Positions 47,930-58,030 of a stretch of 64,000 nt of DNA are shown one piece after another. The position numbers were made by a program, and so were the translations under genes. Source of the DNA: a virus. The notes beneath the pieces are model-generated. The model did no database searches. It saw only the letters and a list, made by a program, of their open reading frames with translations, and was not told the DNA's origin. The stretch is taken from positions 33,487-97,486 of IMG/VR virus record IMGVR_UViG_3300027749_000066; one strand, 5' to 3'. Position 1 is the stretch's first letter. The number at the start of each line of letters is the position of its first letter.

Positions 47930-48441
47930 AATATCCAAATCCACTTCTCAATGAGAGATCTGTCGCAGCGTTTGGTAATCTTACTAATGATGAGATTTCA
48001 AAGATCATCAGTTTGATGAGATCTGAATGCTGGAAGGTTGGTGGATTTGCTATTTCAGCAATTCAAGTTGGAGATCCTTACACAATTCTTGGATATTTTT
48101 CTTTTAAAAAGAAAGAGTATCAATGGATTATTGATCCAGAAATTATTGATACTAGTGGTAGTAGTTCTCTGAATGAAGGATGTCTTTCAATTCCCGGATA
48201 CTTTTGGAATATTATAAGACCATCAAAAGTTACAATTTCATATAAAGATATTAACGGAATAGATAGAGTGAGAACTTTTACAGGTGTAATTGCTCGAGCT
48301 ATTCTTCATGAAATGGATCATTTTGATGGAATTCTTATTCCAGATTTTATGTCCGATGATGAAGCAAAAACTTTTAATAGTCATTATACACAAAATAGCC
48401 ACATTGAAGAATATGTAGCTCCAAGTCTTAACGCTATTTGA
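47920..48441 (+). CDS. def: peptide deformylase
   Basis: EGCLS, HEMDHFDG, motif-1 variant GGFAISAIQVG. Confidence 0.9.
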   Translation: MLVKYPNPLLNERSVAAFGNLTNDEISKIISLMRSECWKVGGFAISAIQVGDPYTILGYFSFKKKEYQWIIDPEIIDTSGSSSLNEGCLSIPGYFWNIIRPSKVTISYKDINGIDRVRTFTGVIARAILHEMDHFDGILIPDFMSDDEAKTFNSHYTQNSHIEEYVAPSLNAI

Positions 48442-48447
48442 TGGTTT

Positions 48448-48520
48448 GGACGTTTAACTCAGTTGGTAGAGTATCTCTTTTACAAAGAGAAGGTCAGGGG
48501 TTCAATTCCCTTAACGTCCA
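48448..48520 (+). tRNA. tRNA-Val(TAC)
   Basis: Cloverleaf GGACGTT/AACGTCC, loop TTTACAA, GGTTCAATTCC. Confidence 0.9.
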
Positions 48521-48522
48521 CT

Positions 48523-48720
48523 ATGAATAATATAGAAAAAGAATATACATTTTTACTTACTGAGATGGAAGCAGCTTATCTTAATGCTGCAGTAGTAGAT
48601 TTTTTTCATAAGATGAAAAATGCTGCTGAGGAAAAAACAGTTGTACTATTTAGAGATGATAGATATCGTATTGCCAAAGATCTTTGGATGAAAATAGAAA
48701 AACAAATCCCTTTGCTGTAA
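48523..48720 (+). CDS. hypothetical protein
   Basis: ORF after tRNA. Confidence 0.55.
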   Translation: MNNIEKEYTFLLTEMEAAYLNAAVVDFFHKMKNAAEEKTVVLFRDDRYRIAKDLWMKIEKQIPLL

Positions 48721-48734
48721 TGATATAATAGAGT

Positions 48735-49082
48735 ATGATATATCGTGAATACATTACGTCTGATGAGTGGAAGAAGCGTAGAGAAAACTACTTTGAGACT
48801 CATCTGCGACGATGTAGAGCTTGTGGCTCAGCGAAAAGGATTCATCTTCATCATAAAACTTACAGACGGCTAGGACAAGAGCGGGATGCAGATTTGGTTC
48901 CGCTTTGTCATTTGTGCCACTCAGCTTTACATCGTAGGCAGAGGCAGAGTGGCCAGAATCTCTGGATTGCCACTGAGGCATTCATTCGCAATAAAGAAAA
49001 AATGCGTAGTAAAAAAAAGAAAAAAAAGAAGCAAGTTGTGAAAAGAAAATCCCGACTTCACAAAAAAGAAACAAGATCATGA
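48735..49082 (+). CDS. HNH endonuclease
   Basis: CRACG..LHHKTY..LCHLCH. Confidence 0.85.
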   Translation: MIYREYITSDEWKKRRENYFETHLRRCRACGSAKRIHLHHKTYRRLGQERDADLVPLCHLCHSALHRRQRQSGQNLWIATEAFIRNKEKMRSKKKKKKKQVVKRKSRLHKKETRS

Positions 49083-49105
49083 TATAATCATGGCCAGAGG
49101 TAAAA

Positions 49106-49909
49106 ATGATCTATGCAAAAATAATAGCTGATAGTGTAAATGTGACTGGTGATAGACTTACTACAATGGAAGTTCAGTTTCACCGATTTATACTTCCTGA
49201 GTTTAATACTCACCGAGTTTTTTCTCGTAACTCTGCATCATCAAGAGCTATCCCAATTTCTAGGCAAATAGAAAAAATTTCAAAAAATCCTGCCTTCCCA
49301 GTTTTCTGGGGAGTCAATAAGCCCGGTATGCAAGCAGAAGAAGAGTTAGCATTCTGCGATTCAGTCAAAGCAAGCAAGACTTGGCTTAAGGCCTCCAAGA
49401 GTGCAGTGAAGCACGCAAAGAAACTTGAGAAGCTTGGAGTTCATAAGCAGACTACTAATAGACTTCTTGAGCCTTTTATGTGGCATAAGGTTATTGTCAG
49501 TTCAACTGAGTGGGATAGTTTTTTTGAGCAAAGATGCAGTCCACTTGCTCAACCTGAAATTCGTGAAGTCGCAGATTTAATGAAGACTGCCTATGAATCA
49601 AGTACTCCTGTTCTTTTGATTAAAGGAGAGTATCATTTGCCATATTTAACTTTCAAAGATTTAAATTTTAGTAGACAAGATAGAATCAAAATGTGTGTAG
49701 CTAGATGTGCAAGAGTATCTTATGATAATCATGATGGCTCTTTTAATCAACTCAAAGATCTACAATTATTTGACAGATTGGCAAACGCAGAACCTCCTCA
49801 CTGGAGCCCTATGGAGCATATTGCTACACCTTCTACAAAAAAATTAAATAATTCTGGAAATTTTATAGGATTTTCTCAAGTTAGGCATAACTTAGATCTG
49901 GTATTATAA
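49106..49909 (+). CDS. thyX: FAD-dependent thymidylate synthase
   Basis: EFNTHRVFSRNSASSRAIP, AQPEI, ARCARVSY, HWSPMEH. Confidence 0.9.
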   Translation: MIYAKIIADSVNVTGDRLTTMEVQFHRFILPEFNTHRVFSRNSASSRAIPISRQIEKISKNPAFPVFWGVNKPGMQAEEELAFCDSVKASKTWLKASKSAVKHAKKLEKLGVHKQTTNRLLEPFMWHKVIVSSTEWDSFFEQRCSPLAQPEIREVADLMKTAYESSTPVLLIKGEYHLPYLTFKDLNFSRQDRIKMCVARCARVSYDNHDGSFNQLKDLQLFDRLANAEPPHWSPMEHIATPSTKKLNNSGNFIGFSQVRHNLDLVL

Positions 49910-49913
49910 TACT

Positions 49914-50078
49914 ATGAGATTTAAGAGTATTTTATGTGAAAATAAAAATCATTATGAATGTCTAGAATATACTTGTGAATGTCCATGTCACCATCCAAAT
50001 TATTGCGATTGTTTTGCTTGTAGAGTAAAGACAATTGGATTTGGCCAAGTTCCGGGTGGATATAAATCAACGAACTAG
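49914..50078 (+). CDS. Cys-rich small protein (54 aa)
   Basis: CECPCH..CDCFAC open frame. Confidence 0.5.
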   Translation: MRFKSILCENKNHYECLEYTCECPCHHPNYCDCFACRVKTIGFGQVPGGYKSTN

Positions 50079-50137
50079 CTTAGTTGTAAAAACTTTTTAT
50101 CCATGATAAAATTACTGTATATACTTAGGAGATAATT

Positions 50138-51208
50138 ATGGATCTAGATGCAATTCCATTCATTCAAGCTAGAAATTTTACTTGGGGCCGTAAGGTTCAA
50201 CCTTCCTTGATTGTAATTCACGACATGGAGGCTGGAGAGTACTCTACGACAGCAGAATCATGTGCAAATTACTTCTCTGGTGGAAATGCGCCACAGGCCT
50301 CTGCTCATTATTGTTGCGATAACGATAGTATTGTTTGCTCTGTAAAGCCAGATGATACCGCTTGGCATACTGGTGAAAATAGCACAAATAATTGTGGCAT
50401 TGGCATTGAGCAGGCTGGATATGCTAATCAGGGCATTGGCTTTGGAACTGGATGGGCCGATCAGTATTCACAGGATATGATTATTAATCAGGTTGCCCCT
50501 CTGTGCGCTGCTCTTTGTGAGCGCTATGGTATTCCGGTACACTTCCTCACTGCCGATGATCTTCGTGCGGGTGATCGTGTTGGCATTACTTCTCATCGCG
50601 AGATTACTTATGCTTTCGTTCAGGGCGGTCATACTGATCCCGGTCCTGATTATCCTTGGGATCAGCTTCTTTCTGAGATTGCAAAAAATCTTGGGGGCCA
50701 ACCTCCTGCTCCACAGCCCCCTGAGACGCCTACTCCTAGTTCTGATGTATTCGGTCCCGGATCAACTGGTAATCAAGTTAAGTCCATTCAGGCTCTTGTA
50801 GGAGTTACTCAGGATGGTATTTATGGTTCTCAGACTCAAGCAGCAGTGGCTGTTTGGCAGAGAAATATTAATGTACCTGCTGATGGTATTTGGGGTCCGA
50901 GAACTCAGGAAGCTACTAATCAGTTTTTTGTTTGGATTTCTTCTCAGAATCATCATCCGGCCTCTGGCGAAGGTGATGCATTTCTTGCCGCTGTTGCAAG
51001 CGCAACTTCGCAGGTACTACAGAGTGGGTCAAGTGGCGGTGCTGTAAAAATTCTTCAAGGATCTTTGAATATTAGGGGATATGCTCTTGTTCAGGATGGT
51101 GTCTTTGGTCCTGCTACATCTAACGCTGTCCGCAGATTTCAATCTGACAACGGACTTGTCGTTGATGGTGTTGTTGGTCCCCAGACATGGACATATCTTC
51201 TCTCTTAA
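50138..51208 (+). CDS. endolysin: Amidase_2 + peptidoglycan-binding domains
   Basis: IVIHDME, ASAHY, AWH, GIE, HTDPG; DGIYG/DGVFGPAT repeats. Confidence 0.92.
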   Translation: MDLDAIPFIQARNFTWGRKVQPSLIVIHDMEAGEYSTTAESCANYFSGGNAPQASAHYCCDNDSIVCSVKPDDTAWHTGENSTNNCGIGIEQAGYANQGIGFGTGWADQYSQDMIINQVAPLCAALCERYGIPVHFLTADDLRAGDRVGITSHREITYAFVQGGHTDPGPDYPWDQLLSEIAKNLGGQPPAPQPPETPTPSSDVFGPGSTGNQVKSIQALVGVTQDGIYGSQTQAAVAVWQRNINVPADGIWGPRTQEATNQFFVWISSQNHHPASGEGDAFLAAVASATSQVLQSGSSGGAVKILQGSLNIRGYALVQDGVFGPATSNAVRRFQSDNGLVVDGVVGPQTWTYLLS

Positions 51209-51214
51209 AATAAG

Positions 51215-51895
51215 ATGGCTAGAGTTAGCGTTCTCCTCACTGTCTATAATAAACCTCAATGGTTAAATCAGTGCATTGACTCTGTAATTGACCAGACATA
51301 TGATAATTGGGAACTTATAATTCTTGATGACAATTCTCCTGATCCAATGGTTCAGGAGATTTTGTCTTCTTACAAAGATGAGAGAATTAAAATATATACA
51401 TCTAATGTTTCTGAGCAGGATAGATACAAAACGGCTAGATACGCTACTTTAATAAATCTGGGTGTCTATGAGATAGCAACTGGCGACTATATAACCTATC
51501 TTACTGATGATGACTTCTATTATCCAGATCGACTTGAGTCGATGGTTAAAAGATTGGAAGACGAAAGTATCAACATAGTTTATGGAAGTCAAAGATCAAT
51601 TCAACCTGATGGAACTACTATTGAAGTAAGAGACACTCAGGGCATATTAGATATTGCGTATAATATAGTTGATCATAATTCAGTTATGCACAGAACACAA
51701 TTGTTCTACGATGTTGGTGGGTGGCCGGATAGTCCAGAATATTGGGCGGGAGCCGATGCGTACTTCTGGAATAGAATAACTGACGCCGGACACAAGTTCT
51801 ATCCAGTAGAAGGTGGACCTTATGAAGCTAAGAGATATCATGGTGACAGTGTTCAGTATCTAGTTCATAATGGGAGGTTCTTTCCAAGTGAATGA
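51215..51895 (+). CDS. glycosyltransferase family 2
   Basis: VSVLLTVYN, LDDNS, YLTDDD. Confidence 0.88.
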   Translation: MARVSVLLTVYNKPQWLNQCIDSVIDQTYDNWELIILDDNSPDPMVQEILSSYKDERIKIYTSNVSEQDRYKTARYATLINLGVYEIATGDYITYLTDDDFYYPDRLESMVKRLEDESINIVYGSQRSIQPDGTTIEVRDTQGILDIAYNIVDHNSVMHRTQLFYDVGGWPDSPEYWAGADAYFWNRITDAGHKFYPVEGGPYEAKRYHGDSVQYLVHNGRFFPSE

Positions 51896-52562
51896 CAAAG
51901 TGTTGTTGGGTATTATTGATAATAAAAGACCAGATTGCTTAGATGCTACAATTCAATCTTTAGAGAATAATTTATTTTATGATTTTTTTAAAAAAGTAAT
52001 TATCAATGATTCTGGAGATAGTAAATATGCTAAGTATCTTGAAGAAAAATACTCAGATAGATATGAAATTTACTCTCATCCTGAAAATATGGGACTCTCT
52101 GGTTCAATAAGAACTTTATGGAGCATAGCAAATATTTATAATGTAGATTATGTTTGGCATCAAGAAGGCGATTTTATTTTTAATCAAAAAATTGATCTTA
52201 ATATACTCAAATATAAATTAAATAACAAAAAAACTCTTGCCCAAGTTGCTTTGAAAAGACAGGCTGTTAATGATCAAGAAATTTCTGTTGGTGGATTTAT
52301 GTATCAAGATCCAACTTCATATGAGCCATATATACATGATAATGTTAAGTGGTTAGAGCATAGAAAACTCTTTACTTTAAATCCATGTCTATACCCTAAA
52401 TGGGTAGTTGACTTAGGATGGCAAGTAGGCTGGGGAGAGAAAGAGTTTTCAGAACTTCTGTTTTCAGATCCATATGTCAAGTGTGCATATTTAGGACATA
52501 TGGAAGATCCTCCTTTGGTAGATCATATAGGACACTACAGAGGGGATGGCTGGCGTGTATGA
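51888..52562 (+). CDS. GT-A fold glycosyltransferase
   Basis: INDSG, HQEGDF, FTLNP, HIG. Confidence 0.78.
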   Translation: MNDKVLLGIIDNKRPDCLDATIQSLENNLFYDFFKKVIINDSGDSKYAKYLEEKYSDRYEIYSHPENMGLSGSIRTLWSIANIYNVDYVWHQEGDFIFNQKIDLNILKYKLNNKKTLAQVALKRQAVNDQEISVGGFMYQDPTSYEPYIHDNVKWLEHRKLFTLNPCLYPKWVVDLGWQVGWGEKEFSELLFSDPYVKCAYLGHMEDPPLVDHIGHYRGDGWRV

Positions 52563-53185
52563 ACGCATACAATGAAGATTTTTATAATCAAATACATGAT
52601 GGAGCCTTGTCATCTGCAAGAGCTATCGTACCCGAAGTAATAAGCATATTTAAACCAAAGTCTGTAGTTGACTTTGGCTGTGGAACGGGGGCTTGGCTAT
52701 CAGTATTTAAAGAGAATGGCATAGATGAAATAGCCGGAGTCGATGGATCTCCAGAGGGATATTCTCTTATACCCGAAGAAAATTTTATACTAAAAGATCT
52801 TTCTTCAGAGTTTTCTTTAGACAAAAAGTATGATTTAGCTGTATCACTTGAAGTTGCTGAGCATATTCCTCATAAATTTGCTGATCAATTTGTGACTAAT
52901 ATTTGCAATAGCTCAGACAATATACTCTGGTCAGCAGCCGTTCCGGGCCAAAAAGGCGTTGAACATATAAATGAACAGTGGCCAAGTTATTGGGTACCGA
53001 AGTTTCATCAAAAAGGCTATATATGTTCACCTATTTTTAGATTTAATTTTTGGAATAATGAAAATATTGAAAACTGGTATAGACAAAATATATTGATCTT
53101 TACAAAAAATCCAGTTCTATTTAAAAATATTAAAGTTGATCATCAAATCTTAGATGTTATACATTATAATAACTGGAGTGTCTAG
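52559..53185 (+). CDS. class I SAM methyltransferase
   Basis: VDFGCGTG, SLEVAEH, HINEQ. Confidence 0.9.
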   Translation: MNAYNEDFYNQIHDGALSSARAIVPEVISIFKPKSVVDFGCGTGAWLSVFKENGIDEIAGVDGSPEGYSLIPEENFILKDLSSEFSLDKKYDLAVSLEVAEHIPHKFADQFVTNICNSSDNILWSAAVPGQKGVEHINEQWPSYWVPKFHQKGYICSPIFRFNFWNNENIENWYRQNILIFTKNPVLFKNIKVDHQILDVIHYNNWSV

Positions 53186-53799
53186 TGAAAAATCTAGTTA
53201 TTATCGGAGCAGGTTCTCACGGTTCTGGTATAGAGACAATAGTCAGTGCTATAAACGATCAAATTCCGACTTGGAATTTACTTGGATATCTTGATGATGA
53301 TAAAAATAAGGCCGGAGTTATAGGGTCGGTTGATAAGCATATAGAAGGTGCTCATTATGTAGTTGGAGTAAATGAACCATATCTAAAAAGAAAAGTGTTT
53401 TCAAAAAAGAAGATATGGACGCCAGCGACACTTGTTCATCCATCAGCAATTATTGGGAAAAAAGTCTTTCTTAGTGATGGAGTAGTTATTTTTGCAGGAG
53501 TTATTGTAACTGGGAATGTTTGGATTGGACCAGAGTCCCATATTAATGTTGGATCAACAGTCAGTCAGGGAACAAGAATAGGGAAATTTTGTAGTATTGG
53601 TCCGGGAGTTAATATTGCAGGAGAGGTTAATATAGGAGATAGTGCTTTTATAGGAACTGGCGCTTCTATTATTAATTTAATAAATATTGCAAAAGATACA
53701 ACTATAGGTGCCGGAAGTGTTATAATACACAATATTGATAAATCTGGTACAACAGTTGCTGGTGTCCCAGCTAGGATGATAAGAGATTTAGATGAGTAA
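53185..53799 (+). CDS. NeuD/PglD-type sugar acetyltransferase
   Basis: IIGAGSHG, hexapeptide repeats, GVPAR. Confidence 0.88.
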   Translation: MKNLVIIGAGSHGSGIETIVSAINDQIPTWNLLGYLDDDKNKAGVIGSVDKHIEGAHYVVGVNEPYLKRKVFSKKKIWTPATLVHPSAIIGKKVFLSDGVVIFAGVIVTGNVWIGPESHINVGSTVSQGTRIGKFCSIGPGVNIAGEVNIGDSAFIGTGASIINLINIAKDTTIGAGSVIIHNIDKSGTTVAGVPARMIRDLDE

Positions 53800-54544
53800 A
53801 GTATTCGCAATAGCTATGGTTAAAGATGAAGAAGATATTATTAAATATACAATAGAACATCTTCTTTGTGAAGATATTGATAACTTTATTATACTAGATA
53901 ATATGTCATCTGACGGTACTAGGGATATATTGGAAGATTTAGCTAGAGAACATAAGAATATATTGATTGAAGATGATCTTGAAGTTGCATATTATCAATC
54001 ACTGAAAATGACAAATTTAGCTAATAAGGCAGTGTCAAATGGTGCTGACTGGATTATCCCATTCGATGCAGATGAAGTCTGGTACGCGACTTCCGGGGAA
54101 ACTCTTGGATCTGAGCTTAGATCTCTATCGAAGCCTATAGTTGTGGCTAAGGTATTTGATCACTTTCCAACCTCTGATGATCCAGTTGGAGATAATCCAA
54201 TCAAAACTATTCTACATAAAGAGCCGCTACCAGAGTTTTGGCCATGCGTAGCATTTAGGGCCGAAGATGATTTTGAAATCCTTCAGGGAAATCACAATGT
54301 TATAAGATCTGGAGAACGAAACTATAGTGCTGTAGAAATAAGACACTTCCAATATCGATCTTTTGAGCAGTTTAAAAGGAAGCTCCGAAACGGTAAAATT
54401 GCATACGACGCCACTAATCTCCCCGAGGGGGAGGGTGCTCATTGGAGACAAATGGGTGCTCTAGATGATGATTCGCTATTCCAACTATGGCAAGATTTTT
54501 TGTCAACAGATATGATTTTAGATCCAGCACCAACAAGATCTTAA
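53792..54544 (+). CDS. glycosyltransferase family 2-like
   Basis: MVKDEEDII, DNMSSDGT, FDADE, HFQYRS. Confidence 0.85.
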   Translation: MSKVFAIAMVKDEEDIIKYTIEHLLCEDIDNFIILDNMSSDGTRDILEDLAREHKNILIEDDLEVAYYQSLKMTNLANKAVSNGADWIIPFDADEVWYATSGETLGSELRSLSKPIVVAKVFDHFPTSDDPVGDNPIKTILHKEPLPEFWPCVAFRAEDDFEILQGNHNVIRSGERNYSAVEIRHFQYRSFEQFKRKLRNGKIAYDATNLPEGEGAHWRQMGALDDDSLFQLWQDFLSTDMILDPAPTRS

Positions 54545-54580
54545 AAAATATAGTATAATGATTTTGAACATTGGACGCTT

Positions 54581-55276
54581 ATGAGTGAAAATAAAATCCA
54601 TACTATAGTTGTAACTCCTTTTAAAAATGAAGTAGAGATGACTATCAAGTATATTAATCTTTTGAAGAATGAAAAATTTGATCAAGCTATTATGTACGAT
54701 AATGGGTCTAGGGAAGAAGTTATAAGAGATATCAGAAACTTTATTCCTGATGATCCTAGATTTACCATTGTAGACGCATCAGGATGGAAGCTCCATCAAA
54801 TGTGGAATCATGCATGGTCAGAGGCTGTATCTAAATTTGATATATTTAATATTGCTTTCTTTAATAATGATATTGAATGGTCTGAACCACTTGTAGAAAA
54901 GATGTCGGAACTCTTGAGATCTCAGGATCAAGTCGGCTGCGTCTATCCAGATCACGGATACTTCAACACTGATGCAAAATTTGTTTTAACTCCCACTACC
55001 GGAACTAAAAAAGATGGCGGGATGTGCGGATTCTGCTTTATGTTGAGGGGAGAACTCGCTCCAGATGAGATGCCATATGTAGATGAAAATCTTATCTGGT
55101 GGTTTGGTGATGATCACGTTGAGATGAATGTCCGAAAGGCCAACTATTATGTATGTCGCATTAATGGTCTTCATATCACACACATAGAAGAAGCAACTGC
55201 CGCAAATGGCGAAAACACTTGGGTAGAAGAGGCCAAGAGAAAAGATGCAGAGTACTGGTACTCTACATATCACTAA
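54581..55276 (+). CDS. glycosyltransferase family 2
   Basis: DNGS, NNDI, WWFGDD. Confidence 0.8.
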   Translation: MSENKIHTIVVTPFKNEVEMTIKYINLLKNEKFDQAIMYDNGSREEVIRDIRNFIPDDPRFTIVDASGWKLHQMWNHAWSEAVSKFDIFNIAFFNNDIEWSEPLVEKMSELLRSQDQVGCVYPDHGYFNTDAKFVLTPTTGTKKDGGMCGFCFMLRGELAPDEMPYVDENLIWWFGDDHVEMNVRKANYYVCRINGLHITHIEEATAANGENTWVEEAKRKDAEYWYSTYH

Positions 55277-55286
55277 CGGAGATCTT

Positions 55287-55847
55287 ATGGAATTTGCAGA
55301 TGTAACAGTTATTACCCCAACTTTAGTTCATAGACATGAGATGCTCGCTGACTGTATGGAGTCTGTTAGGAATCAGACAGTTCAACCCAAGGCTCATATT
55401 ATCGGGACTGACTACGAGCGTGTCGGAGCTAGTGCAATGTTCAATAAACTTATTGATGCAGCAACTACCGAGTGGGTTGCTCCTCTTTGCGATGACGATA
55501 TCTTATATCCCGACTATATCCAGCAGCTTGTTGATAATGCTGGTGATGCAGATATGATTTATCCTTGGTGTGAAGTAACAGGGACGAGAAATGGATGGAA
55601 TCCTAATTCTTATTATGACGAAGAAAGAATCCTTACTTCTAACTTCATACCAGCAACTGTGCTGCTTAGAAAGTCTGCTTGGGAGGCTGTAGGCGGGTAT
55701 CCGGCAGTTGTGTGCGAAGATCATGCTATGTGGGTTCAGCTTGTAACAAACGGTTTTAAGATCAAATGTCATCCTCAAATTCTTTGGCAGTATAGATTTC
55801 ATGGTAGAAACATTAGTGATGGTATTTATAATCCTTGGGAAGTTTGA
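55287..55847 (+). CDS. glycosyltransferase family 2
   Basis: VTVITPT, LCDDD, VGGY..EDH. Confidence 0.85.
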   Translation: MEFADVTVITPTLVHRHEMLADCMESVRNQTVQPKAHIIGTDYERVGASAMFNKLIDAATTEWVAPLCDDDILYPDYIQQLVDNAGDADMIYPWCEVTGTRNGWNPNSYYDEERILTSNFIPATVLLRKSAWEAVGGYPAVVCEDHAMWVQLVTNGFKIKCHPQILWQYRFHGRNISDGIYNPWEV

Positions 55848-56551
55848 TGAAAAAAGTTGGCGTAGTTATACCTATTTTAAATCAATTTGAACTAGCAATT
55901 AAAGCTATTGAGTCAATTCAAATTCCAGAAGGAATGGATTGGGAACTTTTTATTATAGATAACTGGTCTACTAATAATGGAGTTTCTGGTGCTTGGAATA
56001 TTGGCACAAAAAAAGCTATAGAAAAAAAATGTGACTATATTCTTATCATCAATGATGATATTATTTTATCTCCAACAACTATTGAGCATATGTGTAGTCT
56101 TATCGATTTAGATCATATTGGTGTTATAACAGCAACAGACTATAGAGATTCGATGACACCAGAGCAAGTGAAGATTTGCGAGAAGCCTGATCATCCTGTA
56201 GATATTATGCCTGCTCCAGACTTTGCTTGTTTTATGATTACGCCAGAAACTTATGATTATATTGGCGAATTCGATAACAATATATATCCTGCATACTTCG
56301 AAGACAATGACTATTGTTATAGAACCATTTTGGCGGGCCTTAGATGTGCTAGATCGCAGAATGCAGTATTTTACCACTACGGCTCAAGAACGCAGAATAG
56401 CGGAGAGCCTGTAGTTCCTTCTCAGTTGTTTGAGAAAAACCGAGACTACTTTAGAGACAAATGGGGCGGACTTCCCGGAGAAGAGGTCAATACTCATCCT
56501 TGGAATAATCAATCCTTGAACTGGACTGCAACAAGGCAGACTTCCTTCTAG
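55847..56551 (+). CDS. glycosyltransferase family 2
   Basis: IIDN, INDDI, YFEDNDY, HYGS. Confidence 0.85.
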   Translation: MKKVGVVIPILNQFELAIKAIESIQIPEGMDWELFIIDNWSTNNGVSGAWNIGTKKAIEKKCDYILIINDDIILSPTTIEHMCSLIDLDHIGVITATDYRDSMTPEQVKICEKPDHPVDIMPAPDFACFMITPETYDYIGEFDNNIYPAYFEDNDYCYRTILAGLRCARSQNAVFYHYGSRTQNSGEPVVPSQLFEKNRDYFRDKWGGLPGEEVNTHPWNNQSLNWTATRQTSF

Positions 56552-56552
56552 G

Positions 56553-56581
56553 TTGCGAACCTGCTGAAGCCGTGGTACGAT
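56553..56581 (+). promoter_or_regulatory. promoter for tRNA-Ile
   Basis: TTGCGA-17-TACGAT with TG extension. Confidence 0.6.
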
Positions 56582-56592
56582 GCTGGGAGCAA

Positions 56593-56665
56593 CCGGCAGT
56601 AACTCAGTGGTAAGAGGACGATTCTTATACAGTCGTAGTCGGTGGTTCGATCCCACCCTGCCGGA
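56593..56665 (+). tRNA. tRNA-Ile(TAT)
   Basis: CCGGCAG/CTGCCGG, anticodon loop CTTATAC, GGTTCGATCCC. Confidence 0.82.
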
Positions 56666-56704
56666 CTAGATGCTATGTCGTTAGATACTATGTGAGGAGA
56701 TAAT

Positions 56705-56863
56705 ATGTCAGCAAGCAGTCCAACTGAGGAAGAGATGCAAGATCTTGTCATTTTAATTCTTCCCCGTGTTATAGTTCAAGCCCTAGATAATCCAGATGGA
56801 GAATTTTATAGTGGTGAAATTATGGATGAAGCTATCAGAAAGGCTTTAAAACTTTATGATTGA
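56705..56863 (+). CDS. hypothetical protein (52 aa)
   Basis: RBS GAGGAG. Confidence 0.5.
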   Translation: MSASSPTEEEMQDLVILILPRVIVQALDNPDGEFYSGEIMDEAIRKALKLYD

Positions 56864-57110
56864 AAAAATTATTACTTACACTTTACCAGATCAACTTCGT
56901 GAAAGAGCCTGCCCTGCGGGCGAACCTTGGACTGGAGATAGTCCAGAAGAAAATCATGGTCATACTGACTGCTGGCTCTTTCATCAAGCCGCAAGTGAAA
57001 TTGAAATTTTGCAAAAACAACTTAATGCAAGTAGACAAATTTGTGAATCGTATCGTATCCGTCTTATTAATTTTGTAAATGGAGAAACTAGTGCAAACAT
57101 TCCTTCCTAG
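56856..57110 (+). CDS. hypothetical protein
   Basis: Coupled. Confidence 0.6.
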   Translation: MIEKIITYTLPDQLRERACPAGEPWTGDSPEENHGHTDCWLFHQAASEIEILQKQLNASRQICESYRIRLINFVNGETSANIPS

Positions 57111-57513
57111 CGATGATTTCGCTCTCTGTGCAATGACACTTGATCGTCAACGTCTTGGCAAACAAAGAGTGGAAACATTGCAGATTATGCAAACTATTGC
57201 TGGCATGAGTAGGGGTAAAGGTTGGATTAATCATCCCGCTACAAAAATGTGGATCGGACATGAAGAATATCTGATGTTGTATCAAATTGCAATTGTCTCA
57301 GAATGGACAATGCGAGGTTATAAAGATACTTGTCTTGATAAAACTTATGAAGCTTTCAAGACAATTGATGCTGAGTTCTCGTATCCAGAGTGGATGGGAA
57401 GTGACGCATTTCACGCTTCACACCGTAGCAATCTGCTGCGGAAGGATGTAGAGTTCTACTCGCAGTTCGGTTGGACAGAGCCGTATGATTTGGAATATAT
57501 CTGGCCTGTTTGA
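57079..57513 (+). CDS. pyrimidine-dimer DNA glycosylase-like (MSMEG_6728 family)
   Basis: QTFLP, LDRQRLGKQRVE, HPATKMW, HASHRSNLLRKD, YIWP. Confidence 0.88.
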   Translation: MEKLVQTFLPSDDFALCAMTLDRQRLGKQRVETLQIMQTIAGMSRGKGWINHPATKMWIGHEEYLMLYQIAIVSEWTMRGYKDTCLDKTYEAFKTIDAEFSYPEWMGSDAFHASHRSNLLRKDVEFYSQFGWTEPYDLEYIWPV

Positions 57514-57519
57514 CAGTTA

Positions 57520-57590
57520 GCCCCTGTAATTCAATGGTAGAATAGTTGGCTTTTAACCAATCCATGAGGGTTCGATTCCCTCCGGGGGTA
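57520..57590 (+). tRNA. tRNA-Lys(TTT)
   Basis: Loop CTTTTAA, GGTTCGATTCC. Confidence 0.88.
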
Positions 57591-57612
57591 CTCACTATAA
57601 TAAGGAGAAATA

Positions 57613-57783
57613 ATGCCCAATGTAAGAATTTCTAGAGAGAAACTTCCTGATCCTAATATGACAGATATGGAGATTTATCCTGATGGTGATAAGTCTCGTC
57701 CCCGTATTGGTATTCTGAAGTTTGAGAAGGTTGGATCAAAGTTTATCCTTGATCCCGGATTCCTTCCCTATCAGAATTTCTAG
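57613..57783 (+). CDS. hypothetical protein (56 aa)
   Basis: RBS TAAGGAG. Confidence 0.6.
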   Translation: MPNVRISREKLPDPNMTDMEIYPDGDKSRPRIGILKFEKVGSKFILDPGFLPYQNF

Positions 57784-57799
57784 GTGATATAATTTAATT

Positions 57800-57889
57800 G
57801 TTGCGAACGTAGCGCATATAGTCCGAACGAAGCGCAAAGCCGTGTGAAGGCAGTGCTGCGGGGGAGAGAGAAATCTCTCCCCCGCAAAC
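57800..57889 (+). ncRNA. candidate structured RNA leader of tRNA-Leu
   Basis: After TGATATAAT; multiple stems and a 13-bp GAAA hairpin. Confidence 0.4.
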
Positions 57890-57894
57890 ATCTA

Positions 57895-57968
57895 GCGGGT
57901 ATATCCCAACTGGCAGAGGACGGCGGCTTAAAACCGCTTCAGTGTGGGTTCGAATCCCACTACCCGCA
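57895..57968 (+). tRNA. tRNA-Leu(TAA), short variable loop
   Basis: GCGGGTA/TACCCGC, loop CTTAAAA, GGTTCGAATCC. Confidence 0.87.
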
Positions 57969-58030
57969 CTTGGATAGTATGATAGCCATAAAGTATCTTA
58001 TGGATAGTATTATGATCAAAAGGAGAAAGT

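Noticed and set aside
48463-48522. N-terminal part of ORF 48463-48720
   Set aside because: Overlaps tRNA-Val; the real start is probably ATG 48523.
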